Shown piece after piece: positions 26,060 to 39,370 of a stretch of 64,000 nucleotides of DNA (the first letter of the stretch is position 1; every line of letters begins with the position of its first letter). The stretch lies in assembly GCA_013265495.1 (NCBI GenBank), contig MU058384.1, forward strand, positions 5,018,792-5,082,791. Reading direction: 5' to 3'. Origin of the DNA: Vicugna vicugna (lineage: Eukaryota). The notes under the pieces are model-generated. The model was not told where the DNA came from. It searched no databases and saw only the letters and a list, made by a program, of their open reading frames with translations. Position numbers and translations under genes: made by a program.

Positions 26060-26601
26060 TGTATTAGTTTTCTATAGTTTCTGTAACAAATTTACACAAA
26101 TGTAGTGACTTAAAACAACACATATTTATTATCTTACGGCTCTATAGACCAGAAGTCTGGCACGGGTTCCACCAGGCTAAAATTAAGATGCTGGTTGGGC
26201 TGCATTCCTTTCTGGAGACTCAAGGAGAGAATCTGTTTCCAGCTTCCTGGGGCTGCCCACATTCCTTGGCTCATGGTCCTCCTCCTCCATCCTCAGTGCT
26301 GGCAACGACAGGTTGACTCCTCAAGTCACATCTCTCTAATCCTTCTATAATCACATCTCCCTCTGAGCCTAACCTCAGCTGGGAAATGTTCTCTGCTTTT
26401 AAAGACTCATGTGATTAGGATCTACCTAGATAATTTGGGATAATCTCCCCATCTCAAGGTCCTTAACCTTAATCATTATATTTTTACATCTTAATCTTTA
26501 TGTCTGTAAAGTCCTTTTCCCCCTATGTAATCTAACATACTCCTAGGTTCCAGGGATGGGGGATTCGGATGTCTACGGAGGCTAATATTCTGCTTACAAC
26601 A
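26060..26601. mobile_element. MaLR solo LTR (MLT1-type)
   Basis: Starts tgtattagttttctatag...tgtaacaaa...gacttaaaacaaca and ends attctgcttacaaca, the hallmark MLT1 termini. Confidence 0.85.
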
Positions 26602-26973
26602 TTAGGTAAAGGAAAAATTCATCTTTTGAGAAATGACCATGGCTTCATTTTTTTCTTACAAAGCAACAACCAATACTTTATGGGACCCAGAAAAGGGAGT
26701 GATCACAAAGCATATGCAACTATATTATGTTTCATTATTGAGATACTTAGAGAACATTTTCTCATAAGCCAAGCAGTGCAACTGGGTGATGGGGAAATTG
26801 TCCAATACTTCAGGATGGATATAAAATATTTCAAAGCCAAGAAGCTTTCCTGAAAGAGATTTAGAGTATCAGAAGGGTAATGATTTTCTAGACTGTGTAA
26901 AATCTGAGCCACGTAAGTTCTCATTGTTTTAGTGTCTGAATTAGTTCAGCATTTTTTTGCCCAGTTAAGTTTT

Positions 26974-27132
26974 TAAATTTAACTTTATTTTTTACTGACA
27001 TATAGTTGATTTGCAATGTTTCAGGTGTACAGCAACGTGATTTTGATATTTTATATATATATATAAATCTGTTCTTTATCAGATTCTTTTCCATTCTAGA
27101 TTATTATAAGATATTGAGTAAACTATAAGTCC
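26974..27132 (-). mobile_element. Very short L1 3'-end insertion
   Basis: L1 3' UTR sequence similar to 46910-47040, flanked by a 17-bp TSD ttgccca(g/c)ttaagtttt (26957-26973 / 27133-27149). Confidence 0.8.
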
Positions 27133-30100
27133 TTGCCCACTTAAGTTTTAATGTATTTCAACTTGGCTTTGTTAGAACTGTCCTCTCTTTGCCCCTTGAC
27201 CTCTTCCTAGGTAAGAGTGAAAGAACAAGACAAGCTTTATAAGTCAGAATATGTGTTATTCCTGGGCAAGAGTACGTTAGTGACAATTTCCAGTGTGGGT
27301 GGATTTGAGCTTCTGAAGGATGAATATTTTCCAGTCTGACTTTCTATCAACATCAAAGACTTTATTGTCATATCTGCCCCATTTACTACTTCAATCTTGT
27401 GCCTATTATAAAATACGTTCTCAACCTCAAGATCTTTTAAGAAGTCTTATTTCATATATTTAAGTTTATAGTTAGTTAAATACAGGCTTTTTGAGTACCT
27501 ACCTGTGCCAAAACTGTGCTAGCGGCTCCAACATGTGCCAGAGGCTTCAACATGTGCCAGCATATCACATTTAATCCTCAGAGTGTGTCCAGGAGGCATA
27601 TAGCCCATTACTGGGAGCTGAGCTTCATTTGTTCCCAATAACGTTCCACAGGTTAACTCTCGCCAACGGATAGTCTGGACTTGGAGCTATGTGATACCAA
27701 CTACAGTGACCAATACTCCTCCAACGTCAAAGACTTACTAACTTGGAAGCTACTGAATGCTCCGAAGTCTCTGGTAGATGTTAGAAATGTTACAGTGCAT
27801 AAGCAAGGCAACTGCTTTTAAGAAAACAACAATTATTTATAGATAATTGCCTTCTGGTACTTTTATTTAACAAAAATCAATGTTAACTGTCAGTTATATT
27901 TGTGTGAGGGCTGCGAGTGATGAAAACTAACCATCATTTAGATCTGTATCCTTAGCTCCTTTAGATTTTTTGCAATACGTGTGATTGCTCAGGAAATGTT
28001 AGCATAAATATGGGAGTGGAAAGTAAAATATTAGGAGCTACAAAAACCCTAAAGAGAAGTAGCTGGTTAGATTGGGCATAAGTAAATAAATGAATAAATC
28101 AGAAATGTGAAGCAGGTAACTTGTTTATAGAAATTTCCATTTTCGCTTCCAGTACTTCGGCTTCCTTTTGCCTATTGGGGTCCATGGAGGCTGTTTCTAC
28201 TGGTTCATATTCTCACTTAACTGTCTGATAAAAGATTAAAATGCCAGCTGTCTTTGGAGGATACTCACTTTTGCAGTGGCTTTAAACCTTAATAAACATA
28301 AAAGAAAGAACTCAAAGAATAGCACCTCTTATGTAGAATTTTAGGAACAGAGACTAGGGCAAAGAAATTTTGTTTAAAATCCTTCAAGGTTTAATTTTGT
28401 GGCTGTCTATTAAGCTGATTTTTTAGCTGCCTGTAGAGGCCCAGACAATAATTTATAGAGTAAACATTATTTTCCTTGTTTTAGATTAATAACATTCTGA
28501 AATGAGAATCCATGTTCCCAGGTCACTGTTTCCCCAGAGTTCAAAAGTGAATCCATGTTCCATCAGACAAAATCCTAAGTATAATTTCAATCATATGCAG
28601 ATTAAAAAAATTAACATTCTTGTCCCAAAAGAGTTGGCTTTTCCTGGTGAATCATTTGCAAGCAACTTTATTTCATGAGGTCTCTAATTACATACTACCA
28701 GAGGACAAAAGGTACTGTAGGTTGCTCTTGTGTCAATAGATATGATAAACTAACAATGTAGTATTTAAGAATATCCCCTACCCCTGCATTGGAAAGTGAT
28801 CTCAGGCTGCCTGTGCCCTGGTCATTGGAAAAAAGAAAAAAAAGAACGAATATCCCTGGCTGTGAGGCAACAGTAGCCTAGTGCTGGTTCAGACTGGCTC
28901 ATGAGAACTGATTGCATACATTTCTTCCCAGCTCAACCCCAATGACTTCACGTTGGCAGCTTGAAGTTGGATATGGTACAAGTATTTATACCATGGAAAC
29001 TGGCAAACAATGCAGATCAGGTTTGTCGGTCTGTTTGTTTGTTTGTTTGTTTACATAGCACTGGCTTACCGGCTCATCACTGGTGTGGGTAATTTCTGTC
29101 TCCCAAAGGAAGAAATATACACTGTCCCTCAGTATTTATTCACTTTATCCCAGCTGACCCCAAGCCAGGTCAGCTGAGCTATTACCTTAAGAATGTATAA
29201 GACTGCAGGCAATAAAACGATCGCAATTGTTAACAAATATACATTGAGTGCCGGCTACACACTGTGGATATACATGTAGGTGACCACAGTTAAGGATGGT
29301 CCCGTCTTCTCATGATGCTTACAACTGGTAGAGCCTGATGTTAATCAAAGAACAGAAATGTAAAAGTCAGCTGTGGTAAGAGCCTTGATGGAGAGGTGCA
29401 TAGTATCACCAACATGTATCAGAGGATTTGACCTCTTCAGGGAAGGAAGGAAAGTCCTTCCTGAGTAATGATTCCCTGAGATTGAAAGAAACAGGGGGAT
29501 TTAAACAGACAGAGGTGGGAGATGCCCAGTACACAGGAGGTGCTCAAAAAGGCAAATGGTGGGTAAATTGCCTGCTTGTGTGCTGGAATCTCTGTTCAAC
29601 GTTGATAGCGATTTCCTGGGAAACCCAGGTTTCTTTCGATTTCAAAAGCATATCACTCTGGCACAACAGCTGGAGGTGTCTTTCTGACCCCTCTTCGATC
29701 TCTTTTCAAAACTGGCTTTCAGGGACCGTTGGCACCTGCTCACTGGAAGAGCTCCAGCTCTGTGTGAGATCATGTGACAGGGGAGCCATGGCCTTTAGTT
29801 ACACATCAACCACACAAGCAGCTGTGGTTTGCCTAGTTCAAAAAAAAAAAAAAAAAACCTAGTCTACTTTAGAAGCCCAGAAACTGCCAGCCTCTCATTG
29901 TTGTGACGCCGTCTGTCTTCGTGTCTGGTTGTTAGGCTGTTTGTTCCCATGTGCACTGTGACACGTTCTGTCTTGCCCCTTTGCTATACGGTTTATAAAG
30001 GTAAAATTCCCTCAAGGAAAAGAAAACACACACACACAACCACACCATCATTATTAAAGTAGCGGAACTTAGATTTGGAATGCAATTGTATGTGGAACAT

Positions 30101-32289
30101 CAGAACATTTTGCTTAAAGACATAAAATATAATCATAATATATATATATATATATATATATTTGTTGGTGGTGAAAGGGCAGGGAAGCATGGAAAGCCTG
30201 CAGGACGCAAGGGTTATTTGATGAGAGTCACTGGTGGATATGCCAAGTGAGATCTGTTGTAGGAGATCTCAGCAGCCTCAGGCATGGAGGTACAAGCCTC
30301 ACACAGTATTCTAAGATTTCTGGGTTGGGAAGGGGAAGAAGAAGGTTGTCCTCAACCCTTGGTCACTGTGTTGATTCAACCATCACTGTCCTGATGCTTA
30401 CCCTGAAGCACTCCCAGCTCTTCCTTTTTCATTGACTTTCACAAAAGAATAAGAAAGTTCTATGTCTTAATTCCTATACCCATGACATCACCACAGAACC
30501 CAAAGTCTGTGCATAGTCATTGTAAATACCCTGGTCCATTTCTTAACCACTGTCTATATGACGAGCTGAAAGAGGCTCTCCTAGTACTAATAGCTCCCAT
30601 ATATTGAGGGCATATCACATGCCAATTGTTAGAGTTCACCCTTTGTGCTGTAATCTGCACAGCAATGCCATGAAAGAGGTATCATCTTCATTTTCTAGAT
30701 AAGGAAACTGAAGTGTAATGATAATAAATAGCTTCATAAAATGCCCTTATCCAGGGATTCATGTCTATGTGAGGCTCTAAAACCCACACTCTTTTGACTA
30801 ACACAGTATTTTTGTTTCTGTTTGTTTTTTTCTCCATACTCTATTCATTATGGGAAAAAAATTGGAATAAATTATTTAGATTCTCTTTCCAAATCTCAGA
30901 CTAATTTTTTCCTAGTTTTAACAATGATGTAACCGTAATAGCCAAGTGATGGGGTTCATAATAAATTTCCTTATCTTCTTTTAAATGCTGCTGAAGTTAA
31001 GTAAAAATAGGTGCTTTAAAAAAACCCACATCTTTTAAATATAAAGATCTTTAAGGGTTTATGAAAGCCTAGGATATTCAAGTAAAAGTTATCTGTGTTG
31101 AGTTCCTGCTGATGGAATATTTTAAACAGTCACTGATCTTGACTTACCGTGATTATCTTTAACTCTTTAAAGTCCAGAGTGTAGAACTACAACAGTAGTG
31201 ACAGACACAAAGTGTATAATAGAGAAACACAAAGCTCAGAGACTTTATCAAAGTCATAATAAATCTAAACCCAGACAACCTAGAGGAAACTATTACATAA
31301 ACAAAAAGAGAAATTGCATTGAGAGAACTACCTTTGTGAAAGTGAAGTGAAAGCAGCTGAATTTGTCTTCCTGTGGTACAACTGCACACGCAAAACACAT
31401 TAAAGGTCAGCCTGAATGCAGTGACCTGGATCAGACCATCCTTAGAGTCAGTTTGTAGCAGCACTTTCTCCTGTCTGTCTGTAGCCATGGATAATTCCAG
31501 CAGGAAATGTGCCAGGGATGTCAAATCAACATGGGTCATCCCAGACCCCACCTCTGCAAGCCCCAAGGAAGGGTAAAGCAGATCTGAAATTAAGCCCGAA
31601 GCCTAAACCAAGAGCTTAATTGAAAGTAATTTTAAAGACTGGTTTATCTACTTGTGAGGTGAGGGGAGTCCCAGGTTTGACTCAAAGACATATACCAATG
31701 TCACTGTTTTAAAAAATGGCTTGTAATTGTCATCCTCCACCTCTTACTAATCCTGAATATTTTTTACTTTGACAACTGAAAGTCAGTCACATAGATTCTT
31801 GTTCTTTCTTAGGGTTTTCTTGGTGAAATTGTCTCTCTAATTTTTAGTAAAAAACACCTCTAAAGTTTGGTGATCTTACTCCTACTTATTTTGATGATCG
31901 CAGCATCTCCACCAACTTTACGAGATTTTTCATTAATTCTGATTTTTTTTTTGAAGATCATGCTTTAAATTTGCAGCATATATTCCATTCTCAACAAGTT
32001 GGTTAGAGTGAAAATTGAATTTTGGGAACTGATGTCTATCTATTCATTTTTTCATTCACTTATTTTTGCCGCTCTTCATCAAATTATGGTTTCCTATATT
32101 TGACTAATACTGTAAACTCTATTTCTAATTAAGATTTACTTATGGCTATTACATCATAGATAAAATGTATTGATTTTTCATAAATATTTATTTGGGACCT
32201 TCTCTCTGAGTAGATTAATGGGTTGAGCAGCTGTAAATAAAACCTGCAAATAATGAAGGAAATATGCATTCTAAGCCATTATATTTATT

Positions 32290-32371
32290 GATTTTTTTAG
32301 TGGAGGTACTAGGGATTGAACTCAGGACCTCCTGCATGCTAAGCATGCACTCTACCATAAGCTATACCCCC
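32290..32371 (-). mobile_element. tRNA-derived SINE (Vic-1-like, camelid)
   Basis: Reverse complement GGGGGTATAGCTTATGGTAGAGTGCATGCTTAGCATGCAGGAGGTCCTGAGTTCAATCCC with Pol III A/B boxes and A tail. TSD ccattatatttatt (32276-32289 / 32375-32388). Confidence 0.85.
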
Positions 32372-34534
32372 AAACCATTATATTTATTAAAATTAGATGG
32401 CTATATTAATCAAATGTATGAAAACATTCAATAAAATCATAACTATATGTTTTCTTCATAGCAGGAAACAAGTTAATTTTTTGGTGATTAAACTGAAAGG
32501 TTCCTTGACTCTTAGCCCAATAGATAGTTCTAAGAATTTTGAGCTCTTACAATAAGAGCATCTTGTAATCTGGGATTGCTGACGGAGAAGTTACTTATCT
32601 CTAAAGAATATACTTAGCATAAATTTTCAGTTTATTCTCATATGAACTCTGGTGCATGGCAAAAGATGAGGAAATACACAATTTCCAAGAACTGAGTTTA
32701 ACTGTAGAAATTCAGGACTCTATAGCAGAATAAGGATATTTCAGGCAAGGGGATACTAGGTAAAGAAAAAAGTGAAAAGGGATTTCATTATAATTATAGA
32801 GTTTTAAAACATAGACAAAAGTAAATAGTCTGCATGTTTTTCCAGTCCATGTTGGGTAACCCTAAGTCACCATTTGAAACATTTGCCTCTGGTCTGGTGT
32901 TCCCTCTTCGTTAGATGTTTCAAATAATTTCTTCTTAAGAGCACAAACCATATTCTCTGCAGTTAGTGACTATGCAAAAGTGGCTTATTTTTGAGTTTCT
33001 TTATGTCTTTGTATTTTATTTTCTCTGCTAGGTCGTCCATATAATAGTTGTTCCAAGAATCTGCTGTAAATCAGTCCTCTCGTATGTCAGCCTTGGGAAG
33101 ATAACCATGGTCTGCTGTTGATGGCCTTGCAAGAGATCTGACCACTTCACGTTTTTACTTTTCTTCTTTACTTTTACTTTTGTTAGAAAAGTATTTGTGT
33201 ATTACTTCAAAGGGCAATACAATCTATAGAGCAATAAAATGGGCATTTAATATGATACACAGTGATATGATGAGTAATTTCAGATTGTATGCAAGCACTA
33301 AAAGTGTGCATGAAAGGATGTGGCACAAGGAGGTATGTGGAAATCATGGTCATCTCATCATCTGTTAGGATAAAATTTTCTTTGGTTTTGTTTGTTTTTC
33401 TTCTTAAGTAATTAATAGTGGAGGAGCGATAGACTCCAGAGTTAAAAAAAAAAGTAGTAGGGTAAATAAACATATTGCTATATTTGAGTACGTTCTATTG
33501 AATAAGTTATGAAAATTCACTGGCAATTGAGTAAAAAATTGCATGTCCATTATGAAAATTCAAAAGGAATAAACACACAAACATCTCTTCTTACAGCAAG
33601 ACAAGGCTTTAGAAAGAATAAAAAAGATTTCACTGACCAATAATAGATCTTTAAAATAGTTTCCAGCAAATACATAATGGAATCTGGAACTGAAATGTTA
33701 TTGATGTATTATACAGTCCTTTGCTGAAATAGGTTTTTCCCTTTAGCATGAGAAACCCATTTAAGCTATCTTAAACAAAGGGTAGACATACCACTGCTTA
33801 ACAACTCCCCTATTGGCTCTATCCACTTAATTTCCTGTCATTACAAGTAAGAGTTGTAATCAATATCTTTGTACTTATATCCTTATACTGGCTATGAAAT
33901 AGATTCCCCCGCAGTGAGATTGCTGAGCTGAAAATACATGCATATTTTAATTAAAATTTTAATAGGTGCTATTAAAATGCTTTCCAAAAATGTGTTAATA
34001 ATTTACTTTTTCAAATACAATTTTCCTGTATTCTTAGCATTAATATTTTAAAATTTTAGCCTTAAAACAATTTACCCTTGTATAAAAGAGTAAAATGAAA
34101 TCTATTAAAAAAACCTAGTAGAATTAAAAAGTGACTATATCAAGATTGCAGAATACAAAGTCAATATACAAAAATCAATTCTGTCTTTCCATTCGCAGTA
34201 AATAAATTGAAAACATGCATATTAAAATAGCATAAAAATCATGAACTACTTAGGGATAATTTTAAAAACATAAATGCAAGACCTTGTACAATGAAAACTA
34301 CAAAACAATTTTCCTCAAATCTATAGAGCCAATACGATCCCAAACAAAATATTTCCTTGGTGGATTTAAATTATTAAAAGTAATTTCTCATAATCAGATA
34401 ATCAGAATGTTAAAACATAATGCCCCATTTGCCCTAGCAGTTAGTAGCCAACTATGAATACCAAACAATCTTTGATACAGTACAACTAAACTGATTGTTC
34501 AAAATACCTCAACATTTCTCTTAAAAGTAGGAAG

Positions 34535-34670
34535 TAAGATGATCTTATGTCCTGGTTAGCCAGAAACAGTTCCTATTTAAATCTTTTGTCCTAACATAAT
34601 TAGTAATAATGTCCTCTGCCACTCTCAAAAGTACCTTGATTTCGATGATAAATTTTATGGTCATCTTAGT
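34535..34670. mobile_element. MER94-like hAT relic
   Basis: tgtcctggttagccagaaacagttcc...ttttatggtcatctta resembles the recalled MER94 consensus. Confidence 0.5.
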
Positions 34671-34821
34671 TAAGATATAAGAACGCAGTGGTTCAATTTT
34701 ACCACATTAAGCAAAAAAGTTGAATGAAATTTAATAATAATTACCTGTTTTTATGTTAAATTGATATAGTCTTCTATAAGATGTTAATTCTCTTGTTTCT
34801 TTTATTTTATAAAAGCATACA

Positions 34822-34874
34822 TATTATATTATATTATATTATATTATATTATATTATATTATATTATATATATA
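34822..34874. repeat. (ATATT)n pentanucleotide microsatellite
   Basis: Directly visible tandem atatt units. Confidence 0.95.
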
Positions 34875-35259
34875 CAATTCTTTTGTATGGGTTCCTTTAG
34901 TTCTTTAAACATAGGTAATAGTTGATTTAAGTCTTTGTCTAGGCAATCCAATGACTATGTTTTCTTAGGAACAATTTTTATTCACTCCTTTTCCCCTGTG
35001 TATGAGCCATACTTTCCTCTTTATTTGTGTCTTTTAATTTTTATGTTGAAATTTGAACATTTAAAACAGCTTAATAAGGCAATTGTGGAGAGCTAGAAAT
35101 CCAGAGATTTATTGTTTTGTTTATTTAGTGACTTTCCAAGCTAATTCTATCAGGCCTCTTTATTTTGTAGTGTGTAACGACTAAAATCTCCATTTGGGTA
35201 GCTTAGTGATCAGTGAGGGATTAGTCTGCAGTTTCCTTCTACCCTTTGCTGAGGGGCTC

Positions 35260-35286
35260 GGTGTGTGTGTGTGTGTGTGTGTGTGT
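35260..35286. repeat. (GT)n microsatellite
   Basis: Directly visible. Confidence 0.95.
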
Positions 35287-36714
35287 TGAGGCACACTTTC
35301 AACCTCAGGCAGCCTGTTTTTATGATGCAAAAAAGGAATAATTTTTATACATATACCTTCTGTGTCTTAAGTTAAAAACAATTTAAACTTTCCTAAAACA
35401 TTTTTAAACAGAAAAACTCAACACTGCTTCTTTCTAGTCTATCCATTGCTTTTGTTTTAAAAAAAAACAGACTGTTTTACTATGCTCAGACATCCCAAGG
35501 ACCATGTGGCAATGCTTACAAACACCTTCTTTCCGTAGCAAAATACTTGCTGTTCACATAAATAAATGTGTCAGGCTTACATAGACTGTAAATAATTGAG
35601 CAGGCAGAAGTCTTGAACAGATTGTCTGCTTAAATATCATTGTTAGTATACATAGTGTTCTAGAGAAACCACACTCCCAACAAGTCACTGTAATACTGCA
35701 ATATGCCCTCCTGCATATGGAGGGGCAATGTTCCAGAATGGCCTAAAATGATCTGTTGCATTTGATGTCTTTTTGTGTATACTCCAAAGCATGATTAGAC
35801 ATTTAATGTTCTTTAAATTAATAAAAATCCTGAAGACGCTATGAAAACCATGTATAAAAGCTTACTTCATCTAATTTAAGATTAAAATAAGATTAAAGGG
35901 TTCTAAAGGAAACTCATGGTTAGAATTTGGTGGCACAGCTTTCATGTTTCTTTTTTTCATATTTTTAGCACACTGTTATCGCATGGATGCTGCTGACTTT
36001 GAGTGTCTTTCTATGAGAGTCTAAGTGGGAGAATGGTTCCCTGAAAAATAAGGCATATTGTAAATATCAAACATGATATTTAACTAGCCTCAGTATTTGT
36101 GATTTGTGTTTCCCACATTGCACACAACTAGCAATGTCTGCTTTAATCAGCACATGGTAACTGAATCAAAATTTCACACCAGGGGTATGTATTAGCAAGA
36201 GGAATTTACAAAGGTTTCTGAATCTCATATAAGAGTTTGGGCTTCAAGCTGAAAACATCAATAGCTATTCAATGAGTGCCTCACTGAGAAATCCAAATGT
36301 TACTTCAAAATCTGTTTTACAGTAGAGAATAATGAGGGAAGGATTTAACATCTGTGAAGAACTTTAGAGTTTTGTCTTTAACTCTGTTCCCTATGGGACA
36401 CGAGCATTTTCTGATTTTTTAGCATCACAGCAGCATCATTGTGTGCTGAGCACCACCATATGCAATTTAGCTTTTATCATGCCAGTGTAGCACTGTGTTT
36501 TTGCAAGAATGGGGGGCAGAGCACTTATTCCCTACAGTGTGTGATATACTTTGTCATGTGGAAATCCAAGATGTACCCTTAGTGCCTTGTGTTTTACAAT
36601 GACCCCAGGGATATGATCTCTTAAGCCTATTTACAGTCTCTCTCTTTTTCCTTTTAGGATTCCAAATTTGTCAAAAAGACCAAGCTAGGAAATGAATGCC
36701 ATGCTATACTCTTT

Positions 36715-37479
36715 TTTCAATTGAAGTATAGTCAGTTTACAATATTGTGTCAGTTTCTGGTGTACAGCATAATAGTTCGGTCATGTATATACATATGTAT
36801 ATTTACTTTCATATTCTTTTTCATTATAGGTTACTACAAGATATTGAATATAGTTCCCTGTGCTATACAGTATAAACTTGTTGTTTATCTTTTTTATATA
36901 CAGTAGTTAGCATCTGCGTATCTCAAACTCCCAATTTATCCCTTCCCACCCTGTTCCCCGCCGATAACCATAACTTTGTTTTCTATGTCTGTGAGTCTGT
37001 TTCTATTTTGTAAACAAATTCATTTGTCTTTTTTTTTAAGATTCCACATATAAGTGATATTATATGGTGTTTTTCTTTCTCTTTATGGTTTACTTTACTT
37101 AGAATGACAATCTCCAGGTCCATCCATGTTGCTGCAAATGGCATTATTTTATTATTTTCTATGGCTGAGTAGTATTTCATTGTATAAATATACCACAACT
37201 TCTTTATCCAGTCATCTGCTGATGAACATTTAGGGTGTTTCCATGTCTTGGCTGTTGTAAATAGCGCTGCTATGAACACTGGGGTGCAGGTGACATTTTG
37301 AAGTAGCGTTCCTTCTGGATACATGCCCAGGAGCGGGATTCCTGGGTCATATGGTAAGTCGTTCTGACTGGTGTTAATTTGCATTTCTCTGATAATCAGA
37401 GATACTGAGCATTTTTCTCATGTGCCTATTGGCCATTTGTTTGTCTTCATTGGAGAAATGCTTGTTTAGGTCTTCTGCC
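36715..37479 (-). mobile_element. 5'-truncated lineage-specific L1
   Basis: ORF 36983..37384(-) encodes the L1 ORF2 C-terminus (PYDPGIPLLG...IMPFAATWMDLE). Possible degenerate TSD ctatactcttt / ctgtgctcttt. Confidence 0.9.
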
Positions 37480-38809
37480 CTGTGCTCTTTATTCTCCAGT
37501 CTTTCTCCCTAGACACTTGAGCACTAAAACCTATTTCCTCCTCCTTGAGCCAAAACAAATAAAAAGACAAAAAGCAAACAAACAAATATGTCAACTGATA
37601 AACATTAACTTCTCTTAAGCCAGTCTCACAAGTTCAGTAAATATGTTTAGATATTCCTAAATCACGATAGTGGACATAGTCTAGGTGCAAGCTGAGATTT
37701 TTCTTCCCTACGTGCTGTCCCAGCTGGAGAGTGCCCCACCCTAAGGGCCAAGTCCCAGTTCTCCATACCTCTTCCTCTAGGTTCCTGAGGTATCAACACC
37801 AACCAGGCCTGGCTCCTCCTCAGAGGCTTTGCTGGGTCCTTCCTCAGGCCTCTAGATTCTGATAACTCACACTTCTTTCTTTTTGCCTTTGTGTGGTGGC
37901 TGCTTCCTGGGGTTGCTCATGTCAGTTTTACCTCAGTGCCTCCTTCTGCTTTTTCAGTCCTCTAAACACATGTTTCATTACATTAACCTGGTGTCATTTC
38001 TGTTTTCCTGACTGCACTGCACCCTGGTTGTACCAAGGTAGGGGCACCACGAGGCGGACAGGAGACAGGAATCATTGCCTCGATCAGGATGAGAGACCTT
38101 TGCTAGGACAACAACAACAGAACAAGAAGCAATGGGAAGTAGCAAGTCCTTTCTTCAGCCCCAGCTTTCCTGTCTTCCTCTAACGTCTTCCACTGGCTGA
38201 GCCCAGCAGGGAGACAGATGGCAAGGGAGAAATGTGCTTTGCTGAGTCTCGGCCCCAGTATCACAAAACAGGATTAAAAAGTGGGTTTGGAGCTAAAAGA
38301 TAATCACTTTATAATCATTACACATAATTTTGACCATTGCTTTTAAATGTTAGTGACCTCAGCTGGACTTCTGACGGTATTAGGAAGTCAATGTATGACG
38401 TTAGGCACTAGAAAGAGAGGCTTTGTACACAGTATACAAAACACTCATTTTTTAAAAATCTTGAATAAGTATACAGACATGTACCTTGTTATTTCATTAC
38501 TAACAACTTTCATTTAGTAAAAAAAAATGTGGATATGTACTCATATTATCCAAGATTATTTTATGGTTCTAAAATCTAGAAAGCCTATAATCTAGGAATC
38601 AGAAAGTAATGAAGACAAGAGTTACAGAATTCAGCTGTAACATACTGTGGAAAGACTTGAAAGTGGGTCTGACTCTGAACAGCAGAAAGTTGCAGTGCTG
38701 AAATCACAATACTATTGTGTTTTAATCTTTGCTTTAAAAATATTGTTTAACTTTACTCAACCTATTTATTACATAAACATACTTTTTCTTTATAAATGTT
38801 GAATTGCAT

Positions 38810-39370
38810 CTATTTATTCATTTGTTAATTCATAGAGTATTTACTGAGCATTTGTTACAAGTCTAGAAATGTGCAGGGTATTAAGGATATAGTAGCCCCC
38901 CAAAAAACCAAAAAACCAAAACCAAAAAAAACCCAGGATGTTTCTAGCTTTAATTTCCAAAGATAGATATTAAGCAAGTAATATAATAAAACTGTTGGGT
39001 TTTACTATAAGGAAAGATTGTGAGTTTATAGCCCATGTAGCTGACTATGTTGACAGAATTAGAGAAGGTCTTCCTGAAGGGGTGAAGTTTAAGTTGAAAC
39101 CTGAAGGAGGAATTGGAGTTGAACAAGCGATGGAAAGTAGGATGGAGTGAAGGAGGACCATGGGGCAGTGTGCGTGAATTGAGAAGGAGTTAAGAGAAAA
39201 AGGAGGGGAGAAGAGGATTCTAGATCTACAATCGTTCATATTCAATGGCACTATTGTTGTCTCTAGACTGGACTCTCCTATAATTTCATATTATTTTTCC
39301 TTTTTCAGTTTGTATCTCCAGTTGTCTAATGAAAAGTTTGTCACACAGTGGTGTTCAATAAATAAATGAA
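38810..39370. mobile_element. L2 remnants
   Basis: tatttactgagcattt...; agagaaggtcttcctgaaggggtgaagtttaagttgaaacctgaagga. Confidence 0.5.
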
